In this document: one piece after another, positions 57,568-64,000 of the stretch
How the letters are laid out: each line of letters opens with the position of its first letter
Numbering within the stretch: position 1 is the stretch's first letter
Assembly (NCBI RefSeq): GCF_000315625.1
Contig: NW_005434672.1
Coordinates: 837,374 to 901,373, forward strand
Length of the DNA: 64,000 nt
DNA from: Guillardia theta CCMP2712
Lineage: Eukaryota; Protista; Cryptophyta
Direction of reading: 5' to 3'
The notes under the pieces: model-generated
Told to the model about the DNA's origin: nothing
Databases searched by the model: none
What the model saw: the letters and a program-made list of their open reading frames with translations, nothing else
Translations under genes and position numbers: made by a program

Positions 57568-59234
57568 ATGTTCATGCAGGCATGCACTGCCGCCGCCGGC
57601 GCTGCTGGCTTCTATCTTATGGCCTCAGGCAAAGCCCCGACGTCACTTTCGACCATTCTTGACCAGCCTATGGACGTCAAGGTCGCTACTGGAGTCGCAA
57701 GCTCGTGTGGATTGCTCTTGTCCGCTCGTTTGGTAGAATACATCTTCTACAAAGACGACCAGGTTGGCAAAGGTCCTTTCTCTCAGACCTTGGAGTTCAT
57801 GGCAGCTTCCCTCATGAAGACCATTTCTAGCAAGATTGTCGTGAACAAGTGGATCGATGAATACAACGATCTCCACAAGGGCGAGGAGCCGGACGCTCGC
57901 AACGTCGCATATGCGAAGCTTGTGAACGCCTACTATGAGCTTTCTACGCTCTTCTACGAAGTTGGATGGGGAACTTCCTTCCACTTCTCATACAGAATGG
58001 CGGGAGAGTCATTCTCTGAGGGCATGCGCCGCCACGAGTATTATTTGACCAGCTTTCTCGGAGGCCTCAAGCCAGGTTCCAAGGTCAACATCGTTCGTGG
58101 GCCTGTGAGTGCTTTTGACGAGGATTGCTGCAGGTGCTTGATGTCGGATGCGGCATCGGTGGACCTCTTCGTAGCATTACCCGATTCACTGGATGGGACA
58201 TTACCGGCATCACCATCAACGAGTACCAGGTTAACCGCTGCAACCAGCTCGCGGCAAGGCAGGGGCTCAGTGGCCAATGCCGCGCTATCCTCGGAGACTT
58301 CCTGGCCATCCCTGCTGCAAACAATTCTTTTGATGGTATGCCTGCAGATTTGTTTGTTCTGTTGTAATTTGCTTTAGGTGTTTATGCTATTGAGGCCACT
58401 TGCCACGCCCCCGATCGCCGCAAGGTGAGATAACATTTCCGATGAAGTCTCAATATCTTAGTTCATCCTCAGGTGTACTCCGAAGTTTTCCGTGTTCTTA
58501 AGCCTGGTGGCTACTTTGCATGCTACGAATGGTATCTATTTCACGCTAATGTTAAAAAAATTGATCTTTTCGAAGGTGTTTGACGAACAAGTATGATAAA
58601 AACAACCAGTACCACAGATGGATCAAGAAGAAGGTTATTGTTGTCGCATGCCTTAAAGCATTGGTTGAATGATTGTGCAGATCGAGGAAGGTGACGCTCT
58701 TCCTGATATGGCTTACACACATGAAATCGATGATGCTATGAGAAGCTCTGGGTATGAAGAACAAATACGTTTCCAATAGGGTTGACTTATTGGCAGGTTT
58801 GATATTCTTCATACACGTGACATGAGCTTGGACCCCAACCAGAAGTTTCCATGGTACGCTCTCGTGCCGTTGCTGATCACGGAAAGCCTGACTTGAATTG
58901 ATTTAGGTACCATCCCCTTCTTCCCAGCTGGAACCCCTTCGTTCAGAGATTTCAGTTCAATCCTGTTGGACTGTTTCTAACCACCTGGGGTTTGCGCTTG
59001 TTGGAGGTGTGCAGTTTTCCAGCTCAAACGATCGAATTTTGATGGCTTTGTCCAGTTTTTGTGGCTCGCCCCTAAAGGAACCTCTAAGATCCAGACCATG
59101 CTTCAGCAGGGTGGAATCGGCTGTGTGAAGGTAATTTTACCTTAAATTTTAGGCAGCCATTGATGTTGTTTCAGGGTGGTCAGAACGAGATCTTCACCCC
59201 CATGTACCTCGTTGTCTGCAGGAAGCCACTCTAG
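57568..59234 (+). CDS. SMT1: Sterol C-24 methyltransferase (SMT/ERG6 family), multi-exon
   Basis: YYELSTLFYEVGWGTSFHF, RHEYYL, VLDVGCGIGGP, YAIEATCHAP, EVFRVLKPGG.FACYEW, EIFTPMY. Confidence 0.93.
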
Positions 59235-59658
59235 ATTGAATCGTGATGTGGAATTCTTTGGTGAATATGTTATTCGGAAGATATCGTGTCGAGATTCTCT
59301 CCAAGCAAGTCTTTTGTGAGAATGATGATTGGCTAGTGAAAGTCTGTCATTTTGCTGGGTTCTCTTCTACGTATAGAATTTTTAACCAGTCAATAAATGT
59401 GATAGCATACATGAGGATCTGTTCCGTACAGTGGGTTCGAACTTGTCTGCAGGTGTCAATCAAGGAGAGTATCGTTATGGTTGTTTCGGCCTTGCTCCGC
59501 TCTGCGACTGCCTCACACCAGTAAGAGTTGTTTGCATAGGACAACGCTGCCTGCACGTGCGTTGGCTCCATTTTTGTCGGACTGGACGCCCGAGCCAGGG
59601 GGCAAGGCAGGGAAGGGGGAGAGCCAGGGGGAGCGTGAGGGGAGTCCGAGGGCTGAAG

Positions 59659-61379
59659 ATGAATCTTGGCTTCCCGATCCTGCTGTGTGCGGCTCCCATG
59701 GTGGGTCAGAGTGACATCGCGTTCAGGTAGTTCACACAGGATCTTGTCCCTTCCTGGCTGACTCACTGGTGGGCTCAAGGATTCTCACCCGGCGGTGGGG
59801 CGCCTCTTTGGCGTACAGCGAGATGCTCTTCAGCGAGCGGATCGTGGAAGAAGAAGAGTGAGTAGCGTGCCGATCGTCCTATTTTCTCTGGTGCCTCGAA
59901 CCCTTGACGTCTTCCAGTTACTTAGCAGAGAAGCTTCAGAGTTGCATGGAGGACCGGCCACTCATCGTTCAAATATGCGGTAACGACCCATCGATCATGG
60001 CGAGAGCAGCCTGCTTGATTGAAGACTTCTGCAACAACAAGAGCCATGGCGTAGATGCAATCGACATCAATCTTGGTTGTCCTCAGAAAAGGTTAGAGAT
60101 CGACACAGGAAATGAGCTCAAATGAAATGGCTTGTCTTTCACAGAGCCGCAGAGGGGCACTATGGCTCTTATCTTCTAGAAAAGGTTTCATCCAATGCTG
60201 TTGTTCGCTGAGTGTAGTGCTTTGACATGTGAATTCCCAGAAAGATTGGAAGCTCGTACAGGAAATCGTTGAATCTATGAGCAAGAGTGTAAATATCCCG
60301 ATATCATGTAAAATTCGCCTTCTACAGGTATCTTTTTTTTGACAGCATGCTTCGAGTCCACTTTCTCACCTTTGTGCAGACTGAAAGTCAGACGGTAGAG
60401 TTTGCAAAGCTCTTGGAAGCCGCTGGCTGCTCCCTTCTAGCTGTGCATGGCAGGCAGCGGGTAGGATAGACCATTGTTGCTGCTCTGCTGACTGAACCAA
60501 CTCCTTGCTCGCTCGCCGACCAGGGATCACAGAGACATGGCAGGAAGGGACCTGCTGATCTTGATCAGATCGCGGCAGTGAAGAGAGCATTGACTATTCC
60601 AGTGATAGGTGATGGACGGGAATGGGTGCAGCACGCTCCTCCTTGACCGCTTATGACAGCCAACGGAAACGTGAGATCGCCGGAAGACATCTGGATCAAT
60701 CTAGAGAAGACGAGAGCAGATGGGATAATGAGCGCAGAAGGACTGCTAGCCAACCCTGCTATCTTCAAGGTGCACGAATGGTATCGGAGTGCTGAACTGA
60801 TGCGCAAGCGCTAGCAAGCTCTCCTCCTCCGCGAAGGGAAAGATTACCAAGGAAATCCTCTACGGCAGGTCTGATGAGGAGCATTCTGATTCTTGTTGAG
60901 ACCTCTCAAGGTGGCTCTGGAATACCTTGACCTGGCGGAGGAATGGAAAGTTCCCATGGACGTCCAGGAACAGCATGTCTCCCATGTGAGCTCCCAGCCG
61001 TATCCTCCTGAGTCCTCGTGATCTTGTTGACCTGCAAGATTCTTGGCCTTTCTTCAGCCACTGGCGGAGCTTCCTGGCAGCACGTGCTTGTTTGTGGAAG
61101 TGGGTGCCGGACTGACCACTGTTGAAGAGGAAGACAGCCGCGGAGAGGACGAAGGACCTTTCGCTGGAAAGCAAGCAGGGAGAGGCGGAGGAGGAGGAGG
61201 AGGAGGAGGCTTCCCGCCCTCGGAGGCTCTGGCAGGTGAAGCAGAGGCTTCATGCGTGCAAGGACACGGAAGACTTGAGGTGAGCGAGCGGATAGGTTTG
61301 CAGGTGTGACAGTTGGACTCTAACTTGATCTCACAAGGAATCTCGTTCGGCTGATGCTTCAGCCAGATTGAACTTTTGA
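59659..61379 (+). CDS. tRNA-dihydrouridine synthase (DUS1-like), multi-exon
   Basis: [79 protein letters not shown]. Confidence 0.92.
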
Positions 61380-62261
61380 ATTTTGGCTCCTACGCTTCCT
61401 TCATCTAGATCGTTCACCTCAGTGTCTTTCGCTGATCCGCAGTCATGGCAACGCCACGGCCACATAGAACTGATCTGAAACCCGATCATGCAGTGCAGAA
61501 ACCAGGCTTAGTCCGAGATCCGATCCGACTAGACCCGGGCCCACTGGCAGATCCTTCGCAGACTATCAATGGCAACGCTGCGGCGGGCCTGGGGCCTCAC
61601 TGACTTGCGAAGGGCCGGAGTCCGACACACTGAGAGTTGAGTCACGAGTCACGGGCCAATCAGATCTCAAAGTTTAGATTGGCCTCATCCCCGCTCGTCG
61701 CAACGTGCAAAGCACCACTGTAACCGTCGGCCCCTGGTTTCTAAAGAAAGTTTGACATGTCTATGAATTTTCATAACTATTTCGGAAATTTTCATAGAGC
61801 ATAACAACAATAACAGCAAACTTCGATTTTGTTTTCAATTTATGTTTGAAAGGTACCCTGTAGGGAAAACCATCGGTTTGACCGACCGTTTTCTGGGAAT
61901 GGCGCGAGGGAGGGATCGACTAACAAGCAGAAAGTGCTACATCGCTTCTCCTTCTGCTGCTGCGCCTCCTCTACCTCCTCTTACTTCCTCTCCTCCTCCT
62001 AGGACCTTCACCTGTTACTTGCTATCCTGGGCTCGCATCTTCCAATCCACTCGCTGACTTGTGCAGTCATAGATTCCTCCCACTCCTGAACATTCATATT
62101 TGTGTTGTACTGTATCGCCGTCGTCTTGATATTGCTTCCAAACACCATCCTTCTTTCATTTGGTGTCCTGCATTTCAATTTCCTACCTTAGAGCCAGATT
62201 TTCGCGCCCTCTCATCTTTTAAGCAACGGCCCATGCGACCTCAGAAACTACATTGACCAAA

Positions 62262-64000
62262 ATGTGGCGTCATGCCATACTGCAGCTTTACCTGGTGCTT
62301 GCCATGACTGTGAGGCAAGTTTGCAATGCACCAGTCATCACCAGTATACGTCCGAGCAACATGCCAGCAGTTGGGGGAGGTGATACGACCTTCCTTGTCA
62401 TCGGGGGATCAAACTTCGGTTTCACAACGAGCAACATCATGGTTGGCATCGGCACATCCTTCTCCTCGGAAGTTTCCAATGCTGTAGACTCGCTCGTGAT
62501 CTGCAAGATTCCTGCAGGAACAGGAGCAGGCCTTGATGTGTTCGTGAACGTCTCTGGTGCAGTCACCACACTGCTCAAGTCCTTCAGTTATGATCCGCCG
62601 ATCGTCACCTCACTCAACCCCAACAACGTCCCAACTGCTGGCTCAACGTCGCGGGTGCTCGGGAAGAACTTTGGAGTTGCGAATGTGTCTCCGGTCATTC
62701 AGATGGCAGGAGTCTCTCTTCAGTCTTCATGGACGTCCGATTCTAGCGTGCAAATCGTAGTTCCTCCAGGCGCTGGAGGAATGAAGTCACTAAGTATTGG
62801 AGTTTCAAATCAGGTCTATACTGCTGTCAATGCGCTGTCATACAGTGCTCCAGCAACCAATCAGGTACAACCCCCAGTTGTCGAGACGATAGGAGAGCTT
62901 GTCTCTGTTTCAGGATCCTTCTTCGGGGTGGTCGATTACACCGTATCTTCAAAAAGCGGTTTTACATATTCAGAATTCACACAATGGATGTCCGATTCAT
63001 TTATATATTGCAAAGTTGCCAGAGGGGCAGGCTGCTGTATGGATCTGTCTGTCACAGTATCTAATCAGGAGGGTGTCAAAGCAGCTGCCACTTCCTTCTA
63101 TGCCCCTGCCTTGGGAGCATTTCAGAAAGATCCGCTCTCAACAACGATCACAACATTGCTGAATCTAGATGGATCAAGCTTTGGTATGTTTGATTTTACT
63201 ATGCAGGCTCGTATTGGGCGGTCAGCTGGTGTCTCAACACGATGGAGCTCAGAGACATCCTGCGTTGTCTTGTCCTCACGGGGAGTTGGAGGAGCACTGC
63301 TAGTTGTTGCGAGTGTGGCAAGACAGTCCGGAACATCGAGCTCCGCGTTGACCTACGTCTCGCCAAAGCTCAGCGCCGTCTCTCCTGTGGTTGGGTCACC
63401 TTTGGGTGGTTTTGTATTGTCTCTGACAGGTAGTTCCTTCGGAAGTGACGACTACTCCCCTCTTGTACTAGTTGGGATGTCCACATGTCAGACTTACTTT
63501 GTATCGGACTCTAGCACGAGAGTTGTCGTCAAGAGCGGAGTGGGGGCGAATCTTGCTGTCTCCATCTCATCTCAAGGTCAAGTAGGGATATGGAACAACT
63601 TCTTCTCCTACCAAGCACCCAATGTCACTTCGATCAGTCCTGCTAACTCGCCTACCGCCGGGTCTCTTCAGATCTCGATCTTAGGGAGCAATTTTGGGTC
63701 AAGTTCTCAACCGGATCAGAACATTGTTATTGGAAAAACTTCTTGCACTCTTACTCTCTGGAAATCAGATTCATCCATGACGTGTGTCACGCCAAGAGGT
63801 ACTCGATCCGGTCTGGACGTCAGCGTGAGGAGCGGGGGGCTAGTCGGGACATTCACAGCAGGGTTCTCCTTCGACCGTCCTGTGATAGAGTCAGTCTTTC
63901 CTGGTGTAACTGCCACCGCAGGAGGGCAGAGTATAACCGTCATTGGCAAAAACTTCGGAATCTTCGGGAGCTCGCAGGTCACAGTGAAGGTGGGATACAC
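62262..64000 (+). CDS. Secreted/surface IPT/TIG-repeat protein, 5' part (runs off the right edge; absent from the ORF track)
   Basis: Signal peptide MWRHAILQLYLVLAMTVRQVCNA followed by ~7 units of ~80 aa: P.ITSI.P...G...I.G.NFG...V.IG.....S..C..P.G.G....V.V......FSY. Confidence 0.88.
   Translation, partial: MWRHAILQLYLVLAMTVRQVCNAPVITSIRPSNMPAVGGGDTTFLVIGGSNFGFTTSNIMVGIGTSFSSEVSNAVDSLVICKIPAGTGAGLDVFVNVSGAVTTLLKSFSYDPPIVTSLNPNNVPTAGSTSRVLGKNFGVANVSPVIQMAGVSLQSSWTSDSSVQIVVPPGAGGMKSLSIGVSNQVYTAVNALSYSAPATNQVQPPVVETIGELVSVSGSFFGVVDYTVSSKSGFTYSEFTQWMSDSFIYCKVARGAGCCMDLSVTVSNQEGVKAAATSFYAPALGAFQKDPLSTTITTLLNLDGSSFGMFDFTMQARIGRSAGVSTRWSSETSCVVLSSRGVGGALLVVASVARQSGTSSSALTYVSPKLSAVSPVVGSPLGGFVLSLTGSSFGSDDYSPLVLVGMSTCQTYFVSDSSTRVVVKSGVGANLAVSISSQGQVGIWNNFFSYQAPNVTSISPANSPTAGSLQISILGSNFGSSSQPDQNIVIGKTSCTLTLWKSDSSMTCVTPRGTRSGLDVSVRSGGLVGTFTAGFSFDRPVIESVFPGVTATAGGQSITVIGKNFGIFGSSQVTVKVGY

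Noticed and set aside
3851-59234. Apparent clustering of methyltransferase, translation and cell-cycle genes
   Set aside because: The genes are dispersed, on mixed strands, from large housekeeping classes, and share no pathway; coincidence is sufficient.

Overview
This is a gene-dense, intron-rich eukaryotic nuclear window containing four N-gaps. The many short (~40-60 nt) introns, the EFL gene and a bipartite-type leader on CysRS suggest a cryptophyte alga such as Guillardia theta; this is an inference, not a database match. Recognisable genes, in order: Wee1/Myt1-like kinase (partial), a 56-aa Tyr-heptad peptide, PCMT, a DnaJ protein, TRM112, CysRS, PP2C, tRNA-Trp(CCA), CARNMT1-like methyltransferase, a divergent CDK, an ankyrin-repeat protein, a 7-PDZ/coiled-coil scaffold, EFL, oligopeptidase B, UTP15, a Crinkler-like NTPase-REase fragment, sterol C24-methyltransferase, a DUS1-like enzyme and an IPT/TIG-repeat surface protein (partial). 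Most notable: (1) a ~6 kDa eight-heptad 'tyrosine zipper' with strong codon bias, a candidate ejectisome-type fibre subunit; (2) a recurring intergenic architecture of GGGT/ACCC-rich blocks next to CpG-rich 'word-salad' blocks, often bordered by an oriented TTGAGTAAA(G) motif that includes an exact 21-bp inverted pair 25 kb apart; (3) a Mutator/Foldback-like transposon with >=202-bp identical TIRs and a 9-bp target-site duplication (TSD); (4) a CysRS with an in-frame signal-peptide extension suggesting dual targeting. Exon boundaries were read by eye and block edges are approximate.
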